DNA of 64,000 nt from Balanoglossus misakiensis (taxonomy: Eukaryota > Animalia > Hemichordata), in the NCBI GenBank assembly GCA_040954595.2, contig CM082586.2, positions 9,145,337 to 9,209,336 on the forward strand, written 5' to 3'. A model generated the notes under the pieces. The model ran no database searches. It worked only from the letters and a program-made list of their open reading frames with translations, and was not told the origin of the DNA. This document shows, in pieces, positions 1 to 12,794 of this stretch. A program made the translations under genes and the position numbers. The stretch's first letter is position 1, and every line of letters starts with the position of its first letter.

Positions 1-3000
1 ATAGATAGTGATGCAATCACTTCACTTTGACATGGGTATTAAATGCATATTGGGATTTCAGGTTGTTGAAAAATCTGTGGGTTAATACGTGTCCAAAAGC
101 ACTGTACTTTGACATTGCTAATGCAATGATGACATTGAATCTGATTCTTTGCATCATGGTAAATGGCGTAGCAAGCTTTATGACGCATCAGGGTAGATAG
201 TGATGCAAACACTTCACTTTGACATGGGTATAAAATGCCTACAGGGGGATTTAAAGTTGTCTGTAAATCCCTGGGTTAATACGTGTCCAAAAACACTGTA
301 CTTTGACATTGCTAATGCAGCGATGACATTGAATCTGATTCTTTGCATCAGGGTAAATGGCGAAGCAAGGTTGATTATGCATCAGGGTAGATAGTGATGC
401 AAGCTCTGCACTTTGACATGGGTATAAAATGCCTACAGGGGGATTTAAAGTTGTCTGTAAATCCCTGGGTTAATACGTGGCGGAAAGCACTGTACTTTGA
501 CATTGCATATGCAATGGTGACATTGAATGGGATTCTTTGCATTAGGGCAAATGGCGAAGCAAGCTCAATGATGCATCAGAGTAGATGGTGATGCAAACTC
601 TGCACTTTCACATGGGTATTTAATGTTAAATGAAAATCCATAGGTTAATACGTGGCCAAAAGCACTCTAATTTGACATTGCTAATGCAACGATGACATTG
701 AATCTGATTCTTTGCATCTGGGCAAATGGCGAAGCAAGGTTGATGATGCATCAGGGTAGATAGTGATGCAATCACTTCACTTTGACATGGGTATTAAATG
801 CATATGGGGATTTCAAGTTGATGATAAATCCCTGGGTTAATACGTGTCCAAAAGCACTGTACTTTGACATTGCTAATGTAACGATGACATTGAATCTGAT
901 TCTTTGCATCAGGGTAAATGGCGTAGCAAGCTTTATGATGCATCAGGGTAGATAGTGATGCAAACACTTCACTTTGACATGGGTATTAAATGCATATGGG
1001 GATTTCAGGTTGTTGAAAAATCTGTGGGTTAATACGTGTCGAAAAGCACTGTACTTTGACATTGCTAATGCAATGATGACATTGAATCTGATTCCTTGCA
1101 TCAGGGTAAATGGCGTAGCAAGCTTTATGATGCATCAGGGTAGATAGTGATGCAAACACTTCACTTTGACATGGGTATAAAATGCCTACAGGGGGATTTA
1201 AAGTGGTCTGTAAATCCCTGGGTTAATAAGTGTCCAAAAACACTGTACTTTGACATTGCTAATGCAGCGATGACATTGAATCTGATTCTTTGCATCAGGG
1301 TAAATGGCGAAGCAAGGTTGATTATGCATCAGGGTAGATAGTGATGCAAGCTCTGCACTTTGACATGGGTATAAAATGCCTACAGGGGGATTTAAAGTTG
1401 TCTGTAAATCCCTGGGTTAATATGTGGCGGAAAGCACTGTACTTTGACATTGCATATGCAATGGTGACATTGAATGGGATTCTTTGCATTAGGGCAAATG
1501 GCGAAGCAAGCTCAATGATGCATCAGAGTAGATGGTGATGCAAACTCTGCACTTTCACATGGGTATTTAATGTTAAATGTAAATCCATAGGTTAATACGT
1601 GGCCAAAAGCACTCTAATTTGACATTGCTAATGCAACGATGACATTGAATCTGATTCTTTGCATCTGGGCAAATGGCGAAGCAAGGTTGATGATGCATCA
1701 GGGTAGATAGTGATGCAATCACTTCACTTTGACATGGGTATTAAATGCATATGGGGATTTCAAGTTGATGATAAATCCCTGGGTTAATACGTGTCCAAAA
1801 GCACTGTACTTTGACATTGCTAATGTAACGATGACATTGAATCTGATTCTTTGCATCAGGGTAAATGGCGTAGCAAGCTTTATGATGCATCAGGGTAGAT
1901 AGTGATGCAAACACTTCACTTTGACATGGGTATTAAATGCATATGGGGATTTCAGGTTGTTGAAAAATCTGTGGGTTAATACGTGTCGAAAAGCACTGTA
2001 CTTTGACATTGCTAATGCAATGATGACATTGAATATGATTCTTTGCATCAGGGTAAATGGCGTAGCAAGCTTTATGATGCATCAGGGTAGATAGTGATGC
2101 AAACACTTCACTTTGACATGGGTATAAGTTGCCTACAGGGGGATTTAAAGTTGTCTGTAAATTCCTGGGTTAATACGTGTCCAAAAGCACTGTACTTTGA
2201 CATTGCTAATGCAACGATGACATTGAATCTGATTCTTTGCATCAGGGTAAATGGCGAAGCAAGGTTGATTATGCATCAGGGTAGATAGTGATGCAAGCTC
2301 TGCACTTTGACATGGGTATAAAATGCCTACAGGGGGATTTAAGGTTGTCTGTAAATCCCTGGGTTAATACGTGGCGGAAAGCACTGTACTTTGACATTGC
2401 ATATGCAATGGTGACATTGAATGCGATTCTTTGCATTAGGGCAAATGGCGAAGCAAGCTCAATGATGCATCAGAGTAGATGGTGATGCAAACTCTGCACT
2501 TTCACATGGGTATTTAATGTTAAATGTAAATCCATAGGTTAATACGTGGCCAAAAGCACTCTAATTTGACATCGCTAATGCAACGATGACATTGAATCTG
2601 ATTCTTTGCATCTGGGCAAATGGCGAAGCAAGGTTGATGATGCATCAGGGTAGATAGTGATGCAATCACTTCACTTTGACATTGGTATTAAATGCATATG
2701 GGGATTTCAAGTTGATGATAAATCCCTGGGTTAATACGTGTCCAAAAGCACTGTACTTTGACATTGCTAATGTAACGATGACATTGAATCTGATTCTTCG
2801 CATCAGGGTAAATGGCGTAGCAAGCTTTATGATGCATCAGGGTAGATAGTTATGCAATCACTTCACTTTGACATGGGTATTAAATGCATATGGGGATTTC
2901 AAGTTGATGATAAATCCCTGGGTTAATACGTGTCCAAAAGTACTGTACTTTGACATTGCTAATGTAACGATGACATTGAATCTGATTCTTTGCATCAGGG

Positions 3001-3763
3001 CAAATGGCGAAGCAAGGTTGATGATGCATCAGGGTAGACAGTGATGCAATCACTTCACTTTGACATGGGTATTAAATGCATATGGGGATTTCAAGTTGAT
3101 GATAAATCCCTGGGTTAATACGTGTCCAAAAGCACTGTACTTTGACATTGCTAATGTAACGATGACATTGAATATGATTCTTTGCATCAGGGTAAATGGC
3201 GTAGCAAGCTTTATGATGCATCAGGGTAGATAGTGATGCAAACACTTCACTTTGACATGGGTATTAAATGCATATGGGGATTTCAGGTTGTTGAAAAATC
3301 TGTGGGTTAATACGTGTCGAAAAGCACTGTACTTTGACATTGCTAATGCAATAATGACATTGAATCTGATTCTTTGCATCAGGGTAAATGGCGTAGCAAG
3401 CTTTATGATGCATCAGGGTAGATAGTGATGCAAACACTTCACTTTGACATGGGTATAAAATGCCTACAGGGGGATTTAAAGTTGTCTGTAAATCCCTGGG
3501 TTAATACGTGTCCAAAAGCACTGTACTTTGACATTGCTAATGCAACGATGACATTGAATCTGATTCTTTGCATCAGGGTAAATGGCGAAGCAAGGTTGAT
3601 GATGCATCAGGGTAGATAGTGATGCAAGCTGTGCACTTTGACATGGGTATAAAATGCCTACAGGGGGATTTAAAGTTGTCTGTAAATCCCTGGGTTAATA
3701 CAAGGCGGAAAGCACTGTACTTTGACATTGCATATGCAATGGTGACATTGAATGGAATTCTTT
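1..3763. repeat. Satellite DNA array, ~175-194-bp monomers in a 947-bp 5-mer higher-order repeat (HOR)
   Basis: Monomer starts (GTGATGCAA) at 200, 394, 588, 763, 955 and 1147 give 194+194+175+192+192 = 947 bp. The HOR recurs at 200/1147/2094. The next unit is at 3425, after two extra 192-bp monomers. Confidence 0.97.
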
Positions 3764-3804
3764 CACTACAGCCCAGTGTGCGCCCTCTTTGTCCGATATT
3801 TCCG
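3764..3804 (+). repeat. Left bipartite terminal inverted repeat
   Basis: 11/13 match to the right end over the terminal block, then an unmatched 11-bp spacer, then a shared TTTGTCCGNTATT block. Confidence 0.85.
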
Positions 3805-4799
3805 TCCCTACTTTCATGGCCTCATGAATAATGTATGAGGCGATTTGTTACCGGCAATGGAACGTTCGCCAGATACAACAACATGAAAATGCCGGTAAGT
3901 ATTACAAGACATTAAACGCATTTATAATGTTTACATCACGTTATCATATTCTTTAAGGTCTTAAGCTAGTATTGGCATCATTCTCTGATTTCTATTCATT
4001 TAATTTCACTGAAAATCTGACCTGGTTTCAAATCGCTATCATTGGTAACTATGTAAACAAAGAACATAGCAACCACAACCAAGACAGAAAAACGGCCGAA
4101 AAAAATCAAATCTTAATGCATTATTCAAAATTTCAAAACCATGAGAGTGTTCCTAAGACGTTTGTAACTCAGTGTTTTGATTTTCTATCCCCAAAAAGGT
4201 CATATGTAGAAATTGATCCAAGCAGAAATTCATCGAGTTTGGCGCGTTCTGCCTGCGCGTCTCTCTACCATTGATTACAATGGCACAGCTACGCAAATGT
4301 CGATCGTCAGGCAAAACATATCGGCAGATTTCTCGAGTTTGAAGCGTGAACCTAAAAAAACAAAACGAGCAGATTGTTCCTTGATATCTATATAACATGT
4401 TGATATATCATTTTCGTTCTAAAATGTAAGAGTAAACATTTTGAACGAGAGAGTTCTTGCGACAGCGCTTTGAACGCCGCGCGCGTACAGCGTTTAGGCA
4501 AAGCAGACGCACACAGAAGGAACTGCGTCCACGCGCAATATACGTAGATTGCAGCTGATTATACTCAATCAATGTTCCGGTACTTGCAACAGTATGCCAG
4601 TACTTCGCAAAATACACAGTCTTTTATATCATCAGGTCATCTGTAGAGTCATTAAATACTGTCTGTTTGGAACTGTTTGACTGAAACAGCTTTCTAGATG
4701 ACCTTTTATGTTTTCTACAACTTTTCACATTTATTCACATTTAGGAAATGCTCCATTGTGTAACTCCATCCCAGCTGTGCTCTGGATATAACTCAAATC

Positions 4800-7700
4800 A
4801 TGCCTAACAGGAAAAGGACAAACCATTTTGACATCGGGCAGTATGCAGTCCAACAAAAAAAAGCCAGAGAAATAGCTAGAGACATAACAACTTCAACAGC
4901 TGTTAGATGCTGAGTTAGCTGCAAAGACACTGCCAGAAAAGGTTAAGAGCAAGTCAGAGAATAGATACAAGCTAGGGGCATGGGCAAGAGAGAGAAAGCG
5001 TAGACGTGAGGAAGAGGTAGCTCAGTACAGAGAGAAAATGCAGAAATTAGATGCAAAGAGGAGACTAGTCGACAGGGCCAGTAAGCAACTAAACAGGCTA
5101 GCAAAGAAGCAAAGGAGATTAGCTGGAAATAGGGTTAAGCTTAATCAGGAGGTAAGATAATTATATAGAAGGAATTTAGCTTCATTTCAGATTTTCACAA
5201 GATTTATGATTACAAGCAGAATAGGAAAATATCCACCAAATTAAAGTTTGTATACTTTAAATTCTATTACAATTAAGTGAATCATAAAATATTTTGACCT
5301 TGCTTTAATGTATATGTACCAGAGTCAATAACACTGAAATGAAAATATCTGTTATGTGGAATAGAGATTTTATGTGTGTTTGTTTTCTAAATTCTGAACT
5401 ACAGCTTTGAAACACCTCCCTGTTTGACCTTGGCATGACACTGGGGTTTCCATTTATGCATATTGCTTGCTCATGTGACATTGCCTCTCTGTTTGACCTT
5501 GGCATGACACTGGGATTTCCATTCATGTGTATTGCTTGCTCATGTGACATGGCCTCCTGTTTGACCTTGGCATGACACTGGGGTTTCCATTCATGTGTAT
5601 TGCTTGCTCATGTGACATGGCCTCCCTGTTTGACCTTGGCATGACACTGGGGTTTTCATTCATGTGTATTGCTTGCTCATGTGACATGGCCTCCATGTTT
5701 GACCTTGGCATGACACTGGGGTTTCCATTCATGTGTATTGCTTGCTCATGTGACATGGCCTCCCTGTTTGACCTTGGCATGACACTGGGGTTTCCATTCA
5801 TGTGTATTGCTTGCTCATGTGACATTGCCTACCAGTTTGACCTTGGCATGACAATGAAAATCTGTTTTGTATTCATTTATTAAAGATTGCAGATTTGACA
5901 TCCCCAAAGAAACAGAAGTGGGTTCATAAAAGCAGCCAGGTTTGTGCTAATAACAGTGAATGCCTCACACTGTCCAGAAGTCAGCAACATGAACGCAGAA
6001 GTCAGACTCTTCATGCAGCTACAGTCATACACCAGTCATCATCAGGAACAGATATATCTGCAGGGAGACATGTCAGTGCAAATCCACCAAAATCAGCTCT
6101 TGATGGGCTATGGTATACTTTGATCAACAGTGCCACTCCACGTCAAATGGAAAAGTACCTTCAATCATCAATGAAAATAAATGAATTGGTCATACCAACT
6201 TTGATAAAGAAATCAATATCTGAATTTGAGAAAAGTGAAGGTAATTTGACTAGGAGTGTGCAAGTGTTGTATCAGAATGGGGTTTTGTCAAAACGCAAAT
6301 ACAATGCCTTACGTAATAGTGAGTTGAATCTGTCTAAATTAAAACAACCTAGAAAAGTGTTGCAATTTCACTTTAGGTGTAACATACCAAGGTTACTTTC
6401 CTACAACAAGGTCACTGAATATACACGTGGTTTAGATATAGGAAGTCTTGAACCAATTGTAACAGATGCAAGTAGTGGGTATGAAGCGAAATACAGAGCA
6501 GATGCTCTTGAAAGTTGCTGACATGTATCTTTGCTTGAGTGAGCACCACCCTAACATCCTAAATTGGTTTGGCAAACCGAAGGGCACTTTCCAACTTGCT
6601 GTTGGTGCTGATGGGGCCCCCTTTGGAAAATATGGTCAGGCAACTTCCTGGCTTGTCAGTTTCATCAATGTGGGCCACAGATTAGCAAGCCCTGATGATA
6701 ATTTCTTGTTGCTAGGGGCTAATCTGAAGGAAGATGACCCAGTCCTGATAGATTATGCTAAAAACCTAGCCAAAGAGTTTGAGATCATAGAGGCCAAACA
6801 ATACACTTTACATGGCCTGAGTGTAAAGTTCAATGTATCTTTGCTGCCATTTGATCAAAAGGGATTAGCCTCAGTTTCTGGTGAGTTATCTAATGCTGCT
6901 GAGTATTTCAGTTCCTTTGCTAATGTAACAAAAGGTAGCATAGATGAAATAGGGGCAGATATAGGGCCAGGGAAATTTTGGTCAGAGTGGAGCTATAAGA
7001 AAAGAGTAACAGATGCTAATGCAGTGGCAAAATTCAAAGCAAATTTGACAAAGAAAACAGGTAAGCCTGAAACATCGACAGATCGCTCTAAGGTCACACG
7101 TTTCATTGCCTCCAGAAAATCCCGACAGGAATATATTCCACCCCTGGGTAAGTATATACAGTGTGCCAAGATAGAACCCCTACATCTAAAAAACAATGCC
7201 TGGCAGTATTTCTTTCAAAGGCTTCTTACTGATGCTGTGGCTAAGACTGACCAAAAAGTCATTGACCATGGTGTGAAATTAGAAAAGCTACCACCAAATT
7301 CATGCCTGTACAAATTCCTGCATACACTAAAATATACAGTGAGAGCAGGCAAACTATACAATCAAATTGTCAAATATTTTGCTGAGAATAAGGTTAGTAC
7401 CCATGCCCAATCAGTGAGAGTTCACCGCTTTACAGGGGAAGAATCAAGGAAGTTGGCATGGTCTTTTATGTCACTGATAGAGTGTTTTAGGGAACCCGGT
7501 ATCAGTGCACAGGTGAGAGCGAAATTGTCCCTGTATGGTTACATTGGTGTCCTACTCAGAGATATAACATCTCTCTGTTCCAGGTTTACCCTACATGAGA
7601 GAGATATTGTAGTACTAAGGCAGAAGTGCAAATGGTACTTCAATTTGCATGCGTTATTTCTGACCGTAAACAATACTATTTGGCATATAGGATATGTTGT

Positions 7701-8109
7701 TCCGTGTCATGCATCTCAAATCCACCAGCAGTTCCAAATGGGGCTTGGGCTTAATACAATGGAGGGCAGGGAGGCAAAACATCAGCGCCTTCTGGAATAC
7801 AGCAATAATTCCACCCCTCAAAATAGATGGCCACTGATTTTCAGACATGAGTATGTATTGTTGTACTGGTTACGCATGCGAGACCCCGCTTCAGATAACT
7901 ACAGGGGGGATGGGAGGTCAAATGCCTCCAAAGTAATAAAGTACATCCCAGACAAATGCTTTGATGACCCATCATACTGTTATTGTGGGAATGTAAAGGA
8001 AGAGTTGTCAAATTCCTGTGAAATATGCAGCAGTGAATTTATGTCAGAAATAAAACAGTCTGCAATTAGTGGTAAGATCTCAAAAAAACTAAAAAAAATA
8101 ATGAAATAA
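4800..8109 (+). pseudogene. Transib/RAG1-core-like DDE transposase (spliced, two frameshifts)
   Basis: Exon 4800-5151 is basic/coiled-coil and ends at a GTAAG donor (5152). The acceptor at 5885 is in frame with ORF 5895-6521, which frameshifts into ORF 6466-8109. Motifs: LSKRKYNALR..LLSYNKV, AVGADG (D49 of the 547-aa ORF), PFDQK (D130), EPLH, FTGEESRKL, GLGLNTMEGREAKHQ (E436). The C-terminus has CYCG..CEIC. Confidence 0.8.
5415..5851. repeat. 69-bp minisatellite (~6 copies) in the transposase intron
   Basis: Tandem unit CCTCCCTGTTTGACCTTGGCATGACACTGGGGTTTCCATTCATGTGTATTGCTTGCTCATGTGACATGG. Confidence 0.95.
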
Positions 8110-8534
8110 AATGTGAAAGTTTGAATTTCATGATTCAAAACAATTATTACTGTACATGAAATGTACCAGATAGTTTTAGATTTGTATATAACTGTAAGAG
8201 AATTTGCTGTAAATAATCTTTCATTATGAATGTCACAGATTTTGTGCTGCTTGTATTGTATTGTTCAAAATATGTATATAGCTTTTTAATCATCCTTTGA
8301 AACTAGCTGCTTATATCAGCTCTGTAGATAACCTTGTTTCAAAATAAGTGAATAAATTTTAAACTGAATGATAAATGATTCACCCACAGCTATTCAGTTC
8401 CTATAAAACATGTTTTTCTTTTTTAATTTTGCTTGGACATGCAACGATGCATGAATTCAAATGGACTGACAAAAAGTAATATAGTCAGTTCCAAGAACAT
8501 GAAAAAAAATTTCAACAACAGTCCAAATATGATT

Positions 8535-9155
8535 TCACAAATGCTGAGCAACACCATGTTTGTTCCAGCATCCAAAATGGAAATGTATTGTCACTGTCTC
8601 GGCTGATTTCCTGTATCTGACAATCATAGGTTTATCTTCGGTGCAGATAACTTCCACCCGCTTACCCTTTACTGTCTTCACCAGAAGTTGTTGGTTTTCA
8701 TAGTTGACACCTCTACCCAGCACGTAATTCACTTTGTTGATCCAGGTAAATCGAAAGGTAGCAATACATGGAGTTTCCCGATCATAAATTCCCATTGAAT
8801 TACGGGTAGCGCACTTTCGAAATACATCGAAAACTTCCATAGGAACATTCCTACCAAAACTGCACTTCCATGGGTTGCGCACTGAGGGTGATGGCTTCAT
8901 TCTCTGCATAATTGTTGAGCGCCAGTGACACATCTCCCATTCGAATACAGGATACACCGGAATCTGCTGCATCTTCGCCAGCTCCACCATCGTTGCACTA
9001 CGTTTGCGAACTGTTACATCAACAGCAGCATCGAGATCATCAAAACAATCATGTAGGTTGATGGAACGGTCGATATTTGTCCTCAATAACTGAAATTTGG
9101 CCTCACGCAGCTTACGTTTCACCGTTTTAGAAACATCGATCATGGACGCCGCCAT
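8535..9155 (-). CDS. 206-aa accessory protein of unknown function, convergent with the transposase
   Basis: Uninterrupted ORF with an AAAATGGCG start context, ~105 bp from the right end of the element. It is tail-to-tail with the transposase, and the intergenic gap contains AATAAA motifs. No domain was recognised. Confidence 0.7.
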   Translation of the reverse strand: MAASMIDVSKTVKRKLREAKFQLLRTNIDRSINLHDCFDDLDAAVDVTVRKRSATMVELAKMQQIPVYPVFEWEMCHWRSTIMQRMKPSPSVRNPWKCSFGRNVPMEVFDVFRKCATRNSMGIYDRETPCIATFRFTWINKVNYVLGRGVNYENQQLLVKTVKGKRVEVICTEDKPMIVRYRKSAETVTIHFHFGCWNKHGVAQHL

Positions 9156-9220
9156 TTTGTATATACGTTGCTAGGAACGTGACCCCAGCGTATGACCTCA
9201 ATTAACATATTTGCGCTTCG

Positions 9221-9260
9221 CGGAATAGCGGACAAATGAACACACTTCTGGGCCGCAGTG
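9221..9260 (-). repeat. Right bipartite terminal inverted repeat
   Basis: CGGAATAGCGGACAAATGAACACACTTCTGGGCCGCAGTG, followed by the TTT TSD and resumption of the satellite in register. Confidence 0.85.
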
Positions 9261-12200
9261 TTTGCATTAGGGCAAATGGCGAAGCAAGCTCAATGATGCA
9301 TCAGAGTAGATGGTGATGCAAACTCTGCACTTTCACATGGGTATTTAATGTTAAATGTAAATCCATAGGTTAATACGTGGCCAAAAGCACTCTAATTTGA
9401 CATTGCTAATGCAACGATCACATTAAATCTGATTCTTTGCATCAGGGCAAATGGCGAAGCAAGGTTGATGATGCATCAGGGCAGATAGTGATGCAATCAC
9501 TTCACTTTGACATGGGTATTAAATGAATATGGGGATTTCAAGTTGATGATAAATCCCTGGGTTAATACATGTCCAAAAGCACTGTACTTTGACATTGCTA
9601 ATGTAACGATGACATTGAATCTGATTCTTTGCATCAGGGCAAATGGCGAAGCAAGGTTGATGATGCATCAGGATAGATAGTGATGCAATCACTTCACTTT
9701 GACATGGGTATTAAATGCATATGGGGATTTCAAGTTGATGATAAATCCCTGGGTTAATACGTGTCCAAAAGCACTGTACTTTGACATTGCTAATGTAACG
9801 ATGACATTGAATCTGATTCTTTGCATCAGGGTAAATGGCGTAGCAAGCTTTATGATGCATCAGGGTAGATAGTGATGCAAACACTTCACTTTGACATGGG
9901 TATTAAATGTATATGGGGATTTCAGGTTGTTGAAAATTCTGTGGGTTAATACGTGTCCAAAAGCATTGTACTTTGACATTGCTTATGCAATGATGACATT
10001 GAATCTGATTCTTTGCATCAGGGTAAATGGCGTAGTAAGCTTTATGATGCATCAGGGTAGATAGTGATGCAAGCTCTGCACTTTGACATGGGTATAAAAT
10101 GCCTACAGGGGGATTTAAAGTTGTCTGTAAATCCCTGGGTTAATACGTGGCGGAAAGCACTGTACTTTGACATTGCATATGCAATGGTGACATTGAATGG
10201 GATTCTTTGCATTAGGGCAAATGGCGAAGCAAGCTCAATGATGCATCAGAGTAGATGGTGATGCAAACTCTGCACTTTCACATGGGTATTTAATGTTAAA
10301 TGTAAATCCATAGGTTAATACGTGGCCAAAAGCACTCTAATTTGACATTGCTAATGCAACGATCACATTGAATCTGATTCTTTGCATCAGGGCAAATGGC
10401 GAAGCAAGGTTGATGATGCATCAGGGTAGATAGTGATGCAATCACTTCACTTTGACATGGGTATTAAATGAATATGGGGATTTCAAGTTGATGATAAATC
10501 CCTGGGTTAATACGTGTCCAAAAGCACTGTACTTTGACATTGCTAATGTAACGATGACATTGAATCTGATTCTTTGCATCAGGGTAAATGGCGTAGCAAG
10601 CTTTATGATGCATCAGGGTAGATAGTGATGCAAGCTCTGCACTTTGACATGGGTATAAAATGCCTACAGGGGGATTTAAAATTGTCTGTAAATCCCTGGG
10701 TTAATACGTGGCGGATAGCACTGTACTTTGACATTGCATATGCAATGGTGACATTGAATGGGATTGTTTGCATTAGGGCAAATGGCGAAGCAAGCTCAAT
10801 GATGCATCAGAGTAGATGGTGATGTAAACTCTGCACTTTCACATGGGTATTTAATGTTAAATGTAAATCCATAGGTTAATACGTGGCCAAAAGCACTCTA
10901 ATTTGACATTGCTAATGCAACGATCACATTGAATCTGATTCTTTGCATCAGGGCAAATGGCGAAGCAAGGTTGATGATGCATCAGGGTAGATAGTGATGC
11001 AATCACTTCACTTTGACATGGGTATTAAATGCATATGGGGATTTCAAGTTGATGATAAATCCCTGGGTTAATACGTGTCCAAAAGCACTGTACTTTGACA
11101 TTGCTAATGTAACGATGACATTGAATCTGATTCTTTGCATCAGGGTAAATGGCGTAGCAAGCTTTATGATGCATCAGGGTAGATAGTGATGCAAACACTT
11201 CACTTTGACATGGGTATTAAATGCATATGGGGATTTCAGGTTGTTGAAAAATCAGTGGGTTAATACGTGTCCAAAAGCACTGTACTTTGACATTGCTAAT
11301 GCAATGATGACATTGAATCTGTTTCTTTGCATCAGGGTAAATGGCGTAGCAAGCTTTATGATGCATCAGGGTAGATAGTGATGCAAACACTTCACTTTGA
11401 CATGGGTATAAAATGCCTACAGGGGGATTTAAAGTTGTCTGTAAATCCCTGGGTTAATACGTGTCCAAAAGCACTGTACTTTGACATTGCTAATGCAACG
11501 ATGACATTGAATTTGATTCTTTGCATCAGGGTAAATGGTGAAGCAAGGTTGATGATGCATCAGGGTAGATAGTGATGCAAGCTCTGCACTTTGACATGGG
11601 TATAAAATGCCTACAGGGGGATTTAAAGTTGTCTGTAAATCCCTGTGTTAATACGTGGCGGAAAGCACTGTACTTTGACATTGCATATGCAATGGTGACA
11701 TTGAATGGGATTCTTTGCATTAGGGCAAATGGCGAAGCAAGCTCAATGATGCATCAGAGTAGATAGTGATGCAAACTCTGCACTTTCACATGGGTATTTA
11801 ACGTTAAATGTAAATCCATAGGTTAATACGTGGCCAAAAGCACTCTAATTTGACATTGCTAATGCAACGATGACATTGAATCTGATTCTTTGCATCAGGG
11901 CAAATGGCGAAGCAAGGTTGATGATGCATCAGGGTAGATAGTGATGCAATCACTTCACTTTGACATGGGTATTAAATGCATATGGGGATTTCAAGTTGAT
12001 GATAAATCCCTGGGTTAATACGTGTCCAAAAGCACTGTACTTTGACATTGCTAATGTAACGATGACATTGAATCTGATTCTTTGCATCAGGGTAAATGGC
12101 GTAGCAAGCTTTATGATGCATCAGGGTAGATAGTGATGAAAACACTTCACTTTGACATGGGTATTAAATGCATATGGGGATTTCAAGTTGATGATAAATC

Positions 12201-12794
12201 CCTGGGTTAATACATGTCCAAAAGCACTGTACTTTGACATTGCTAATGCAACGATGACATTGAATCTGATTCTTTGCATCAGGGTAAATGGCGAAGCAAG
12301 GTTGATGATGCATCAGGGTAGATAGTGATGCAAGCTCTCCACTTGAACTTGGGTATAAAATGCCTACAGGGGGATTTAAAGTTGTCTGTAAATCCCCAGT
12401 TTAATACGTGGCGGAAAGCACTGTACTTTGACATTGCTAATGCAATGGTGACATTGAATGTGATTCTTTGCATTAGGGCAAATGGCGAAGCAAGCTCAAT
12501 GATGCATCAGAGTAGATGGTGATGCAAACACTTCACTTTGACATGGGTATTAAATGCATATGGGGATTTCAAGTTGTTGAAAATTCCGTAGGTTAATACG
12601 TGTCCAAAAGCACTGTACTTTGACATTGCTAATGCAATGGTGCCATTGAATGTGATTCTTTGCATTAGGGCAAATGGCGAAGCAAGCTTTATGATGCATC
12701 AGAGTAGATGGTGATGCAAGCTCTGCACTTTGACATAGGTTTTCAATGCATATGCATGAGTATTTAAAGTTGACTGTAAATCCCTGGGTTAATA
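9261..12794. repeat. Satellite array continued (irregular HOR: 561-, 947- and 753-bp steps)
   Basis: Same monomer types; the diagnostic monomer starts at 10064, 10625, 11572 and 12325. Confidence 0.97.

Larger units (their letters stand above)
3764..9260 (+). mobile_element. 5.5-kb DNA transposon with CAC...GTG termini, 3-bp TSD (TTT), Transib/RAG1-core-like transposase and a convergent second gene
   Basis: Left end is CACTACAGCCCAG-N11-TTTGTCCGATATT; right end (reverse complement) is CACTGCGGCCCAG-N11-TTTGTCCGCTATT. Empty monomers read ATTCTTTGCATT, whereas the filled site reads ATTCTTT[element]TTTGCATT. Confidence 0.92.

Noticed and set aside
5305-5883. ORFs with 23-aa repeats on both strands
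   Set aside because: Products of a 69-bp minisatellite lying inside a GT-AG intron.
8535-9155. RAG2-like gene, making the element a true ProtoRAG
   Set aside because: Too short, with no kelch repeats or PHD finger. The TSD is 3 bp rather than 5 bp, and the transposase lacks RAG1 RING and CxxC motifs.
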